From the NCBI GenBank assembly GCA_963770835.1, contig CAVYRH010000005.1, positions 288,001-352,000 of the forward strand: a DNA stretch of 64,000 nt, given 5' to 3'. The position numbers and the translations under genes are program-made. The notes under the pieces were generated by a model. It did not search any database, was not told where the DNA came from, and was given only the letters and a program-made list of their open reading frames with translations. Of this stretch, positions 49,643-60,187 are shown one piece after another. Each line of letters begins with the position of its first letter. Position 1 is the first letter of the stretch. This stretch comes from an uncultured Pseudomonadota bacterium (GTDB lineage: Bacteria; Oederibacteriota; Muellerivitia; Muellerivitales; Muellerivitaceae).

Positions 49643-50719
49643 ATGTCCCTAGCCACCGTTGAAATGCTGCAAGAGAGGGTTTTAGACGGCCACGTGGTGG
49701 ACCGCCAGGAAGCGCTGGAGTTGTTCCAGGGTTCCAGCTTGAACGAACTGGGGGCCATCGCCGACACCCTGAAGGTCCGTTCCAAGGGCGACAAGATCGC
49801 CACCTACCTCATCGACCGCAACATCAATTACACCAATGTCTGCGTGACCTATTGCAAGTTCTGCGCCTTCTACCGAGAGCCCGGCGACACGAAGGAAGGC
49901 TACGTCAACGAGGCGGATAAGATCATCCACAAGATCGCGGAAGCCAAGGAAAAGGGCTGCACGCAGATTTTGCTGCAGGGCGGCCACCACCCGGATTTGA
50001 CGCTGGACTGGTACTTGAGCATGCTGTCGAAGGTCAAAAAGGCCCATCCGGATATCACCCTACATTCTTTCTCCCCCCCGGAACTGGTGCATTTCTCCGG
50101 TCTTTTCGGGATGACAGTTATCGAAATTCTTAAGAAATTCAAGGAAGCGGGCATGGACTCCATGCCGGGCGGCGGGGCCGAGATATTAGTGGACCGGGTG
50201 CGCAAGGAAATCGCGCCCCTGAAGGCTTCCACCGAGGAATGGCTGGGCGTCATGCGCGACGTGCATTCCCTGGGCATGCGTTCCACGGCCACAATGATGT
50301 TCGGCCACGTGGAAACCATCGAGGACCGTATTGAACACATTTTTCATATACGGGAACTTCAAGAGGAAACGGGCGGATTCCTGGGTTTCATCCCCTGGCT
50401 TTACCAGCCGGGCAACGAAAGCCTGGGGCTAAAAAGCGCCAGCGGTCAAGAATACCTGAAGACCCTGGCCCTTTCCCGCGTCATCCTCAACCATTGCCTG
50501 CCCAACCTGCAGGCTTCCTGGGTCACGCCTGGCAAAAAGATCGGCCAAATCGGCCTCAAGTACGGGGCCAACGACCTGGGCAGCATCATGCTGGAAGAAA
50601 ACGTAGTGGCTTCTACGGGCCTCAAATACCTGATGAGTCTGGAGGAAATGCGGCGCCTGATCAAGGAAATGGGTTATGAGCCCCATCAGCGCGATACTTT
50701 TTATAACCTGGTCAATTGA
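49643..50719 (+). CDS. mqnC: Cyclic dehypoxanthinyl futalosine synthase (radical SAM)
   Basis: DRNINYTNVCVTYCKFCAF, LLQGG, QASW, GANDLGSIMLEENVV. Confidence 0.92.
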   Translation: MSLATVEMLQERVLDGHVVDRQEALELFQGSSLNELGAIADTLKVRSKGDKIATYLIDRNINYTNVCVTYCKFCAFYREPGDTKEGYVNEADKIIHKIAEAKEKGCTQILLQGGHHPDLTLDWYLSMLSKVKKAHPDITLHSFSPPELVHFSGLFGMTVIEILKKFKEAGMDSMPGGGAEILVDRVRKEIAPLKASTEEWLGVMRDVHSLGMRSTATMMFGHVETIEDRIEHIFHIRELQEETGGFLGFIPWLYQPGNESLGLKSASGQEYLKTLALSRVILNHCLPNLQASWVTPGKKIGQIGLKYGANDLGSIMLEENVVASTGLKYLMSLEEMRRLIKEMGYEPHQRDTFYNLVN

Positions 50720-50744
50720 CGGAATTCCCAAGAAAGAAAAATTA

Positions 50745-51137
50745 ATGAAGGAATATAACGAGAGCCACGCCAAGTCGGGGCTCAACATAAAGCTTCCCAG
50801 TATTGAGACCTTTCCCAACCAGTTTCCGGCTTATACTATCCGTATCGAAATTCCCGAATATACGGCGGTTTGCCCCAAGACCGGCCTGCCGGATTTCGGC
50901 ACCATCATCTTGGAATATGAACCGGTGAAGAATGTTTTGGAATTGAAATCCCTGAAGGGCTATATCCTGGCTTACCGGAACATCGGCATTTTTTACGAGA
51001 ACGCCGTCAACCGAATGCTGCGGGATTTCGTGGCCGCCGCCAAGCCCAAATGGTGCCGGGTGACGGGGCAATTCGCCACCCGAGGTGGTATGCATTCCAC
51101 TATCTCAGTCCTTTACGGGAAACCGGTCAAGCGCTAA
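50745..51137 (+). CDS. queF: PreQ0 reductase (type I)
   Basis: PEYTAVCPKTGLPDFG, ELKSLK, RGG. Confidence 0.93.
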   Translation: MKEYNESHAKSGLNIKLPSIETFPNQFPAYTIRIEIPEYTAVCPKTGLPDFGTIILEYEPVKNVLELKSLKGYILAYRNIGIFYENAVNRMLRDFVAAAKPKWCRVTGQFATRGGMHSTISVLYGKPVKR

Positions 51138-51353
51138 CGTTTTTGGCGGTCTTTTGGGCCCTTTAAGCCTTGGATTAAATCGGATGAAAACCGTCTATAA
51201 GCCGAAGACCAACACTCCCTATTTAATTCCTGAAATGGTTCGCTCGAAAATCCGAAGGGGTGTATGATCTTTCCCATAGACCGGAAAAGGCTGACTTGTA
51301 CAATTGGCTGAAAACGTTTTTTGCCAATTTTTTGATGGTGGGAGTTTATTGAG

Positions 51354-51770
51354 ATGAAAAATTCCAAAATCCTTCTTCTGATCGGTATAGCCGTCCTGGC
51401 TCCCGCTTTTCTGTGGGCGGGGTCCACCATTACCCCTGAAAACGACTATCGCAAAGGGCTCGACCTTTACGCCAAGGGTAAGTATGAGGCGGCATTGGAA
51501 CGCTTCCAATTGGCCATCGATGAAAATTGGAACTTCTGGCAGTCCTATCAAATGGTGGGTTATTGCTATTTTGAACTGAGGGATAAAGAAAGTGCTCTCA
51601 ATGCCTTCGAAGAAAGCCTCAAAATCAAGCCCGACAATCCCAAATTGGTGAAGATCATCAACGATTTAAAAGCCGGAACCCTCGATATCCCCGTCCGGCC
51701 CGTGGAAGCTGAGGTCCAGCCTGTCGGGACCCCGGTTTATCTCCAGACGTATTACACCTATAACAAATAG
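51354..51770 (+). CDS. Exported TPR protein
   Basis: Signal peptide and two TPR-like helical pairs. Confidence 0.7.
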   Translation: MKNSKILLLIGIAVLAPAFLWAGSTITPENDYRKGLDLYAKGKYEAALERFQLAIDENWNFWQSYQMVGYCYFELRDKESALNAFEESLKIKPDNPKLVKIINDLKAGTLDIPVRPVEAEVQPVGTPVYLQTYYTYNK

Positions 51771-51856
51771 TTTCCGCCCTTCCAAACCCCCTTTGGAATT
51801 TTCCCGTTTCGGCTATAATTCCCCCATTCTTGAACTCCCCGTAAGGAGAACACTCC

Positions 51857-52756
51857 ATGGCCACTAAAACCGAATGGACCACCGACAGCTTTGGGCATGT
51901 TTACAAAGGCCACTCCCTTTACAAAGGAAGGACTCCCTTCCAGTCCATGGAGATTTTCGAGGACAAGACGTTCGGAACCCTGCTCTTTCTGGACGGTAAA
52001 ATCCAAATCTCCGACGGGGATGAAAACCGTTACCATCAGTACCTGGTGTCGGCTCCGCTTTTGGCCCACCGGAACCCCCAAAGCATCTGCATCATCGGTG
52101 GCGGGGACTGTTTCGCGATCGAGGAAGCCGCCAAGTTCAAGAGCCTGAAACGCATTCTGATGGTGGAGATCGACAAGGGAGTTGTGGATTTCTGCCGGAA
52201 GAATTATCCGGAAATCGGAAGATGCCTGAGGGATGAGCGGGTGGAGATCATCTACAAGGATGCCCGCAGATGGTTGCAAGACCATCCCGAAACCTTCGAC
52301 GTGCTCATCATCGACTTAACCGAGCCCCATGGGCCTTCCAAGATGCTTTACACCCAAGAATTCTACCGGCTTTGCAAGAAACGGATGAACCCCCAGGGAC
52401 TCATCGCCATTCACACGGACAACTATTATTTGTTTCCCGATTCTTTTGCCACCATCTATAAGACCTTCCGTTCCGTGTTCCCGAACATTCTGACCGCTCG
52501 GGTGGACATGCCTTGCTTCGGCATGGGCTGGACCTATCGCATCGCCTCCTCTTCGCCCATTTCGGTGAAACTGATGGAAACCAATATCAAGAAGCTGAAG
52601 AAGCAGGGAATCACCTTTGATTATTTCACACCTTCGACCTACTTGGTCCAGCCGACCAGTGAGGAATTAAAAAACCTTAAGACCCGGGGCCGTATTTCAA
52701 CGGACAAGAAGCCCTTCGATAAGTTCGAGAAGATGGAAAAATACGTAACGAAGTGA
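51857..52756 (+). CDS. speE: Spermidine synthase / aminopropyltransferase family
   Basis: LFLDGKIQ, YHQYL, IIGGGD, VEID, DVLIIDLTEP. Confidence 0.85.
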   Translation: MATKTEWTTDSFGHVYKGHSLYKGRTPFQSMEIFEDKTFGTLLFLDGKIQISDGDENRYHQYLVSAPLLAHRNPQSICIIGGGDCFAIEEAAKFKSLKRILMVEIDKGVVDFCRKNYPEIGRCLRDERVEIIYKDARRWLQDHPETFDVLIIDLTEPHGPSKMLYTQEFYRLCKKRMNPQGLIAIHTDNYYLFPDSFATIYKTFRSVFPNILTARVDMPCFGMGWTYRIASSSPISVKLMETNIKKLKKQGITFDYFTPSTYLVQPTSEELKNLKTRGRISTDKKPFDKFEKMEKYVTK

Positions 52757-52831
52757 ATCCGGAAATATCAAATATCCGTTTCGGAAATTATTTTTCCTTT
52801 ATTGAAAAAACTCTAATTGTGGGGGAATGGG

Positions 52832-53272
52832 ATGGATACCATCGGAAGCCTTGTTGACAAATTGTCGATTTTGGAAATCAGGAAGGACCATACAAAGGAT
52901 TCTGATTCGATAAGGGTATTAAATGAATCAGCCGAACGGCTAAAAAACGAGATTAATGAAATTATTTTAAAGATACTTAAAGGCGAAATTTGTGATGAAT
53001 GGACGATTAAACAGCCTAAACTTAAAAATTATGCCCACCAAGACAATAACATGGAAAAGTCCGAAGGTTTGGCAAAAGTAATACAGAATCTTATCGTGGC
53101 CAACATACAGCTATGGAATATTGAGGATACAAGACGAAACAAAAGTTTGGCCGATAATGTCAGGCTTGGAGCGGCCGACCAAGTATCCGTGTGGAATAAA
53201 AAACGCAATGACGCAATGGATAATATTGACAAAGAAATATGGCTATTGGTGGTTGCCAAAAAAGGTAAATGA
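52832..53272 (+). CDS. Hypothetical helical protein (DUF4254-like)
   Basis: TIGSLVDKLSILEI and NIQLWNIED...NKKRND motifs; AT-rich. Confidence 0.5.
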   Translation: MDTIGSLVDKLSILEIRKDHTKDSDSIRVLNESAERLKNEINEIILKILKGEICDEWTIKQPKLKNYAHQDNNMEKSEGLAKVIQNLIVANIQLWNIEDTRRNKSLADNVRLGAADQVSVWNKKRNDAMDNIDKEIWLLVVAKKGK

Positions 53273-54181
53273 TCCTGAAGCCGCCGAATCGGCAGTTGAC
53301 CCAAGGGCGTATTGCTATCCCCCATCCAGCCAATCACCAGATGGGGCATTACAATTTGTAACCTCTGAAAAACTCCCTGTTTTGGTTTGAAACTCTTCTC
53401 ACCAGGGTTTTCAACCCCGCTTGGAGATGTTTTTGTTTCTCCAAAGGTGTTGCACTTACTCCTAGAACTCCTTTTTCGACCCTTCTTGCGTCATCTGCCT
53501 CTGAAAAAACTCCCCTTAGCTCAGGCCGCCGCCAACTTTACGGCTCTTTTCCCATTAAATGCGATGCCACAGATCAACACCCAAATCTTGTTTCGGGCCA
53601 TCCCGTAGTACCTCATTCGTCCCATCGAACACCACCGCTTCAAGGTACTCATTGTCGCCTCGATCCCGCACCTCACACGGCCCCAAACCTTGTTTTGCTT
53701 TAATTGCCTCTGGGTCAGCTTCTGTCCCCGCCAAACACGATGTAACACTCGATTCCGAATCCCTCGTTCCTCCAAATATTCATCGTGTTGCGCCGACCGG
53801 TAAGCCTTGTCAGCAAATGCCTGTTCTACCCCGCGAGGAACCATGTCTTTGAAATGTTCGTGATCGTGTTCCTCAATATGACTTAGATCCATCTTTCGAA
53901 TCAGGCCGCTTTTCTCGTCCTGACCCACATGAACCTTCATCCCATCCACGGCTTTTCCTTGCCGGGAGGTGTAATGAACATCTTCATCCACCGGCTTTCC
54001 CTCTTGATCCTTGGATTCCGGTTTACAGGCTCCTTCCACCAGGGTGGAGTCCACAATGGCCCCTTTCTTGACCAAAAGGCCCTTCCGGTCCAAACCCTGT
54101 TGCACTGCCCCCCAAACCCGGTCTATCAAACCGGCTTCCCGAAGTCTTTCCCGAAACTTCACCAAAGTGGTGTCGTCGACG

Positions 54182-56122
54182 GTGCGTCCAGAAAAGGCAG
54201 GTGTGTTCAGCAAGAGATAGTCTTGCATGGGTAATAGCCAAAGCCCATTAGCTAGGATGGCAGGCAAGCGGGAAACCAAATGCCTGAAGCCCATCAACAA
54301 AGCCATCGAAAGGATGGTGAGCGAGTCGTCGGGCCGTAACGAAAGTAAATGCACAGGTGGCCCCGAAAACACTTGCCTCGGAGGCTGAGTCCGCCGTCGT
54401 GGGACGAAAGCATCATGGGACAGCGCGGAGAAATGGCTGAAGCGCTGGAACACTCCGACGGGGTGATAGCAACGGCACGAAGACAAGGACACGCCAAGCA
54501 ACTGGAGAAACCCTCCTTGCCCCAGGCAGAAATGCTTGGAGAAAGGTAGGCCGTATAACCGTGACGCGGGAAAACGGTCGAAGGTGAGAGGGTTTAGGAT
54601 GGGTTCATGGTAGCGATGAAGCGGGGTAATGCCCGTGGAGCGAAGGAACCCTGCTGTTGTTAAGTCCCTCGACAAAACGGAAGGCAGTGACGGTATGAAA
54701 AAGACGTCAATTAACCTGCAAGACCTGAGACGAGAGATATACGTCAAAGCGAAGGCTGAAAAGAACTGGAGTTTCTGGGGACTGTACACCCATGTTTGCA
54801 AGATGGAAACGCTTCAACAGGCTTACCGAATGGCTAAGGTAAATAACGGAGCCCCTGGAATAGATGGGGTGACGTTTGATGCCATTGAGGAGGCCGGAGT
54901 GGAGTCGTTTCTGGAAAGCATCCGGGGTGAATTAGTTCAAGGCACGTATAAGCCCGTTCGAAACCGGAAGAAGGAAATACCCAAGGGAAATGGGAAGGTA
55001 AGAGTCCTTGGGATACCCAACATTCGGGATAGAGTAGTCCAGGGAGCACTGAAGTTTATTCTGGAACCGATTTTTGAGGCCGATTTTCAAGAAGGGTCCT
55101 ATGGGTATCGACCCAAGCGGACCGCTCATGCGGCTGTGAACAGGGTAGCATCGGCAATCGTCTGTAGAAAAACCCGAGTCATTGATGTAGACCTCAAGGC
55201 ATATTTCGACACGGTAAGGCACGACCTTCTGATGAAGAAAGTTGCCCGAAGGGTTGAGGATGAAACGGTGTTGAGATTGTTGAGGATGATCCTGAAGGCC
55301 AGCGGCAAAAGAGGAGTCCCGCAGGGAGGGGTTATTTCCCCTCTTCTGGCTAATCTCTACCTCAACGAGGTGGATAAGATGCTGGAAAAGGCAAAAGAAG
55401 TGACTCGGCAAGGGAAGAACAACTATATCGAATATGCGAGGTTCGCTGACGATATGGTGATCCTTGTTAATGGATATCCGCAATGGGAATGGTTGGCAAA
55501 GGCTGCCTACCGAAGGTTACTTGAAGAATTGACCAAGCTCGACTTGCAAATCAACACGGACAAGACGCGGATAGCAGACTTAACGAAAGGTGAAAGTTTC
55601 GGGTTTCTGGGGTTTGACTTTCGACAGGTGAAAACCCGTCGAGGGAAATGGGGGGTGAAGTTCACGCCGAAAATGAAGGCGCGAGCAACACTTCTGGGTA
55701 AGCTCAAGGAAACATTTGGAAGCTTCCAATCTCAGCCGGTGCAGAGGGTGATTGAGATTATCAATCCCAAACTGCGTGGGTGGGTGAATTACTTTCGGAT
55801 AGGGAATTCTAGGCGCTGTTTTAACTACGTGGAAAGATGGGTCGAGAATAAAATCAGACGGCATATGATGCGTGCGAAGAAGCTCGACGGTTTTGGGCGG
55901 GATAGGTGGAGTAGGGAGTGGATATATAAGTATCTGGGGTTGTACAGAAGCTACCAAATACGATATTACCAAGAACCGAAAGCGCTACCCGTCTGATAGG
56001 TCACATAAACTTTGACAGGAAAGCAACAGGTGAGCGTAGTGCGGGAAATCCGCACGCTACGTTCGAGGAGGCGGGGACTGGAAACGGAGCCAGAAGGCCA
56101 CCGCACCAGTCCTCGACCCTAC
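54182..56122 (+). mobile_element. Group II intron with RT ORF
   Basis: 5' GTGCG, domain V GAGCGTAGTGCGGGAAATCCGCACGCTACGTTC (56032-56064), 3' end CTCGACCCTAC. EBS1-like CGTCG (54395-54399) pairs with upstream exon CGACG. Confidence 0.93.
54695..55996 (+). CDS. ltrA: Group II intron reverse transcriptase/maturase (no endonuclease domain)
   Basis: GAPGIDG, RVLGIP..RDRVVQ, SYGYRP, GVPQGGVISPLLANLYL, RFADD, FLGF, LRGWVNYF. Confidence 0.95.
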   Translation: MKKTSINLQDLRREIYVKAKAEKNWSFWGLYTHVCKMETLQQAYRMAKVNNGAPGIDGVTFDAIEEAGVESFLESIRGELVQGTYKPVRNRKKEIPKGNGKVRVLGIPNIRDRVVQGALKFILEPIFEADFQEGSYGYRPKRTAHAAVNRVASAIVCRKTRVIDVDLKAYFDTVRHDLLMKKVARRVEDETVLRLLRMILKASGKRGVPQGGVISPLLANLYLNEVDKMLEKAKEVTRQGKNNYIEYARFADDMVILVNGYPQWEWLAKAAYRRLLEELTKLDLQINTDKTRIADLTKGESFGFLGFDFRQVKTRRGKWGVKFTPKMKARATLLGKLKETFGSFQSQPVQRVIEIINPKLRGWVNYFRIGNSRRCFNYVERWVENKIRRHMMRAKKLDGFGRDRWSREWIYKYLGLYRSYQIRYYQEPKALPV

Positions 56123-56465
56123 TGGTACTCCCGGACCCCTTCACCCACGAACCGCTCAAAACTGCGCCGGTCGTGGATTTCTTGGACTACTTCCACATCC
56201 GACAGGCCGTACCAGGATTCCAGCAAAAGGCATTTAAACAAGATCAAAGGCGGGATGGGAGGTCTCCCCGTGTTGCCCCGGTACATTTCCATCAGCAATT
56301 TCTCGATCTTCGGAAAGTCCAGAACCTTATCCACTTCCTCTAGCATGGTCTTTTTGAGTCGCCGGTTCTTGTCCTCGTACATCCCGAAGCTGATTTGCAT
56401 GGAATCCCTCCGTCTGGAATGCTGCTATTATATTTCAGCATTTAGACGAAGGAGTTTTTCAGAGG

Positions 56466-57764
56466 TTACAATTTATTTAATCTTTCCAGGTGCAGCTTAA
56501 CATCCGCGACGATTTTCCCGACGTCCAGCGCCTCATAACATCTCACCTTTTGACAGGTCTTTGCCATCTTGTTAACGCAAGTGATATTGCGGCAGGGGCT
56601 TTCGGAAACGTAGGTTTTGGACCACACGTCCTGGTTGGCGGGAGGGAAGAGTGGATTGGTCGAATCATACCCCGACATACGGGCTGGGGTTGCGCCAAAA
56701 ACCGAGATGACAAAGGTTCGGTTCCTGAATTTCACATTTCCCGTTCTGGAGTATTTGCGAGCCGCCGCAATATGCAAGGGACCGGTATCACCGGAAATGA
56801 ATACATCGGCGAAATCCACTAAGGCGGCGTAAGCATCGATTGGCAGGGTAGACGGGACGACGACAACCTTCTTTTTTTCATCCGCCGACAATGTTTCCAA
56901 AAGTTTTTTTTCGACGTCCTTATGGACGAAAGCGGTTCCGAAAAGAACTATCGAATCTGTTTCCAGTATTTGTTTTAGCATGGCAGCTTGGTGCTCAAAA
57001 GGCATTAGGGTATACCGGGAGGCCGTGTCCGGGTTCATGAACACCAGGGGTTTCCCCGTGGGAACGCCGGATTCGCTTAATAAGGTCTTAGCTTTTTCGT
57101 GAGCTTCGTCGGAAAGAGTGACCGGGACGCCCGGAAAAGGCTTGTCGGGAAGGAAAGAAATCGTTTCCCTTAGGAGCTTTTCCACGAATAAGTAGGATTG
57201 GAAAAGAAAGTGGTTGATACCTGTTTGGTCGATCTCGTTTCTTACCAATTGGGGGGCGACGGTCAAGAAATTTAATATCTTCTGTCCTTGCGGGAAAAGA
57301 CGATCATCCTCAAAAAAAGGCGAGCAGTTAAAGCATAGGTCGTATTGATTCTCAACCACCAACTTTTGGATGCTTTCGATGTCGTTGGGATCCGGAAAAA
57401 CGCCGCCCGTGAAAACCGGGTAGAGGTTTGAAATGGCGGGGTTTCCCTCAATAAGACAGGCCACCGATTTCTTGATGACGTAATCGATACGAGCCGCAGG
57501 GAAGAAATCCCGGAAGGCTTGGACCGCGCCTTGCATCATGACCGCATCTCCGATGTGGATGTCAGGAATGACGAGGATTTTTTTGAATTGGGGAACGCCG
57601 CGAAGGTTTCTGAGGTTTTTGTGCCGGATGTGCTGGACCAAGAGCTTGTTTCCCAGGATGGGCGGGATCGTGCTGTTAAAAAACCAGGCCCCCCCCCGGG
57701 GAAACCAGGTGGTCAAAAGGCTCGTCCAATGGAAAATGGTTTTTTGTAATTTGTTGTCGAGCAT
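56466..57764 (-). CDS. Glycosyltransferase family 9 (heptosyltransferase-like)
   Basis: HIGDAVM, FISGDTGPLHIAAA, ISVFGAT, C-terminal Cys cluster. Confidence 0.85.
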   Translation of the reverse strand: MLDNKLQKTIFHWTSLLTTWFPRGGAWFFNSTIPPILGNKLLVQHIRHKNLRNLRGVPQFKKILVIPDIHIGDAVMMQGAVQAFRDFFPAARIDYVIKKSVACLIEGNPAISNLYPVFTGGVFPDPNDIESIQKLVVENQYDLCFNCSPFFEDDRLFPQGQKILNFLTVAPQLVRNEIDQTGINHFLFQSYLFVEKLLRETISFLPDKPFPGVPVTLSDEAHEKAKTLLSESGVPTGKPLVFMNPDTASRYTLMPFEHQAAMLKQILETDSIVLFGTAFVHKDVEKKLLETLSADEKKKVVVVPSTLPIDAYAALVDFADVFISGDTGPLHIAAARKYSRTGNVKFRNRTFVISVFGATPARMSGYDSTNPLFPPANQDVWSKTYVSESPCRNITCVNKMAKTCQKVRCYEALDVGKIVADVKLHLERLNKL

Positions 57765-57874
57765 AGGAGCTTCGCTACTTTAAGGAACCCGGCCAATTGG
57801 GTCAATACTTACCCGGCGGTTTGGGACGTAAAATTGCCTATAATCGTTTTTTTGCGGATGTTAACCTATAACCC

Positions 57875-59179
57875 ATGAGTCAGCGTCTCGTTCTTTTTTC
57901 CAAATACATCCTCACGATGGACCGGCCCCAGCCCATTGAGGATGGCTTTGTCCTGATCCAGGGCTCTCGCATCCTCCAAGTGGGAAAACGGAAGGACCTT
58001 TTTTTTCTCCCCTCGGTACGCATGCTGGACCTGGGCGACACGATCCTCCTACCCGGGTTCATCAACGCTCATTGCCATTTGGATTTCACTGGTTTCAAGG
58101 GTCGTGTGCGCTACCAGGGCGGCTTCCGGGAATGGCTGCGAAAAATGGCGGTCAAGTCCCGGGAAACAAGCCCCGCCGAATTCCGGCGGTCGATCCAAAA
58201 GGGAATCAAGGAAAGCCTGGATTACGGCACGACCACGATTTGCGATGTGGCCACCAGTTGGGAAAGCTATCCTCTGCTTCGCCAATCCGGATTGCGGGCC
58301 TTTGTTTTCCTTGAAATGATCGACCTGGGACAATCCTCCACACCAGCTTATTGCCGGCAATTCCAGGAGAAATTGCGGGCCATCACGCACACGGCGCCGC
58401 CCACCCCCACTTTTCGCTGGGGCCTGAGCCCCCATACGCCTTTTACCGCCTCGAAGGAGTTACTGGAGTGGACAGGAAAATACCTGAACGATCACCGGGA
58501 CGTTCCCACCACCATCCATGTAGGTGAAAGCCGTGAGGAAGGGAATTACTTCAAAAAGGGGTCAGGCCCCATGGCCGACCGGATCCGGGTCCTAAACCCG
58601 GATTGGAATATTCCCCGGCGCACTACGCCCGTTCAATATTTAAATGATTGCGGCTGGCTGCCGAAACTGGACCTGGGAGTCCACTTGAACGTCCTGGACC
58701 AGAGGGATATTAAACTCCTGGCCAAAAACCGCATCACTGTCGTTCATTGCCCTGGAAGCCACGGTTATTTCCATCATCCGACCTTTAAGTATCATTCTTT
58801 GCGCCGCCACCGAATTTCAGTGTGCTTGGGGACCGACAGCCTGGCGAGCAATCGATCCCTTTCCCTATTCCGCGAAATGAGGCTTTTTAAGAAGAACCAA
58901 CCTATGGTGTCTTCGGAAGAAATCCTATCCATGGTCACGGTCAAACCCGCCCAGGCCTTGGGGCTAGGACACCAGCTAGGGCGCATCAAGCCCGGTTACC
59001 TGGCAGATTTGATCGGCCTTCCCGTTCCGGCCCGGAAAAGGGCCAAGAATATAAGCCTCTTTGACCAGGTTTTGCGGTATCGGGGCACGGTTTCCTTTGC
59101 CATGGTCCAAGGGGAGCCGCGGTTAAGATTGACCGGTGGATCAACGATTCGGGGGCTTACCAGTTCTTTCCGTTCTTGA
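57875..59179 (+). CDS. Amidohydrolase (possible aminodeoxyfutalosine deaminase)
   Basis: PGFINAHCHL, SPHTPFT, HVGES, HCPGS, LGTDS. The specific function is inferred from the nearby mqn cluster. Confidence 0.8.
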   Translation: MSQRLVLFSKYILTMDRPQPIEDGFVLIQGSRILQVGKRKDLFFLPSVRMLDLGDTILLPGFINAHCHLDFTGFKGRVRYQGGFREWLRKMAVKSRETSPAEFRRSIQKGIKESLDYGTTTICDVATSWESYPLLRQSGLRAFVFLEMIDLGQSSTPAYCRQFQEKLRAITHTAPPTPTFRWGLSPHTPFTASKELLEWTGKYLNDHRDVPTTIHVGESREEGNYFKKGSGPMADRIRVLNPDWNIPRRTTPVQYLNDCGWLPKLDLGVHLNVLDQRDIKLLAKNRITVVHCPGSHGYFHHPTFKYHSLRRHRISVCLGTDSLASNRSLSLFREMRLFKKNQPMVSSEEILSMVTVKPAQALGLGHQLGRIKPGYLADLIGLPVPARKRAKNISLFDQVLRYRGTVSFAMVQGEPRLRLTGGSTIRGLTSSFRS

Positions 59180-59262
59180 CACAATGACGAAAACCCTTAT
59201 AATTCAGGCCCTTGTCCCTCTTTGGGACATGATGATTTGAGGAAAGAGTAGGATTGGGTTAC

Positions 59263-59721
59263 ATGCAAAAGACAATGCTCGCATCGAAAAAGGACATCCA
59301 TCGCCAATGGTGGATCGTCGACGCCAAGGACCAGGTTTTGGGAAGGCTGACTTCCCAAGTAGCCGCCATCTTGAGGGGTAAGCACAAGCGTACCTTTACG
59401 CCGCACGTGGAAAATGGGGACCATGTGGTCATCATCAATGCCGAGAAGATCGTCCTGACCGGTAATAAATGGGAAACGAAAGCCCACCACCGCACCTCCG
59501 GCCGACCGGGGGGCTTGTCCACCGAAGAGTATAAGCAAATCCGCCACACCCGCCCCGAGCGGATTCTAGAATACGCCATCAAGGGAATGCTGCCCAAGAC
59601 CTCCCAGGGTGACAAGATGTTCGGCCGCGTCAATATCTACAAGGGTGACACTCACCCCCACTCGGCCCAAAAGCCCCAGCCGCTGACCCTGGCTCACAAC
59701 GCCAAAAGAGGAGACGCTTAA
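59263..59721 (+). CDS. rplM: 50S ribosomal protein L13
   Basis: [36 protein letters not shown]. Confidence 0.97.
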   Translation: MQKTMLASKKDIHRQWWIVDAKDQVLGRLTSQVAAILRGKHKRTFTPHVENGDHVVIINAEKIVLTGNKWETKAHHRTSGRPGGLSTEEYKQIRHTRPERILEYAIKGMLPKTSQGDKMFGRVNIYKGDTHPHSAQKPQPLTLAHNAKRGDA

Positions 59722-60116
59722 TGCCCGCCACGAAGGAACAATTCGCCGCAACCGGACGCCGTAAAACCTCCGTTGCCCGGGTCATTTTAAGGCCGGGGAA
59801 GGGGCAATTCATCGTCAACGGCAAGCCTCTCGAGAAGTTTTTTCCCGAGATGAAACTAGCCGTCGTCCGGTCCCCCCTTGAAACCGTATCGGCCCTGGGA
59901 AAATACGACGTGTTCGCAAACCTGACCGGCGGCGGGGTCACGGGGCAGGCGGAAGCCTTGCGCCACGGTATCTCCCGCGCCCTCTTAAAAATCGACGCCG
60001 AGATGCGCAAGCCCTTGAAGGCCGCTGGATTCCTGACCCGCGACCCGCGCATGGTCGAGCGTAAGAAGTACGGGCGTAAGAAGGCTCGCCGCCGCTTCCA
60101 GTTCTCGAAGCGTTAA
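59721..60116 (+). CDS. rpsI: 30S ribosomal protein S9
   Basis: [33 protein letters not shown]...QFSKR. Confidence 0.98.
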   Translation: MPATKEQFAATGRRKTSVARVILRPGKGQFIVNGKPLEKFFPEMKLAVVRSPLETVSALGKYDVFANLTGGGVTGQAEALRHGISRALLKIDAEMRKPLKAAGFLTRDPRMVERKKYGRKKARRRFQFSKR

Positions 60117-60136
60117 TTTCGAGGACGTTTTTCCCG

Positions 60137-60171
60137 ATCCCGCGCATCTTTCAGGATGCGCGGGATTTTTT
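60137..60171 (+). terminator. Rho-independent terminator after rpsI
   Basis: ATCCCGCGCATC-TTTCAG-GATGCGCGGGAT followed by a T-run. Confidence 0.8.
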
Positions 60172-60187
60172 GTTTAAGAACATCGCC

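Larger units (their letters stand above)
53521..56400 (-). pseudogene. IS5-family transposase split by an antisense group II intron (parts 56400-56123 and 54181-53521)
   Basis: Joining the halves gives the in-frame GVREYH|VDDTTLVKFRERL, with GRPP, IVDSTLV, FADKAY, RCGIE. Confidence 0.88.
53358..56469 (-). mobile_element. IS5-family element carrying a group II intron
   Basis: Perfect 19-bp IRs GTAACCTCTGAAAAACTCC, AATTT target duplication. Confidence 0.9.

Noticed and set aside
53521..54801. 426-aa minus-strand ORF as a single gene
   Set aside because: Chimera of antisense intron sequence and the 3' half of the IS5 transposase.
54629..55996. RT as retron, DGR or defence RT
   Set aside because: It has group II maturase features and sits within a complete intron RNA with GTGCG/AC ends and domain V.
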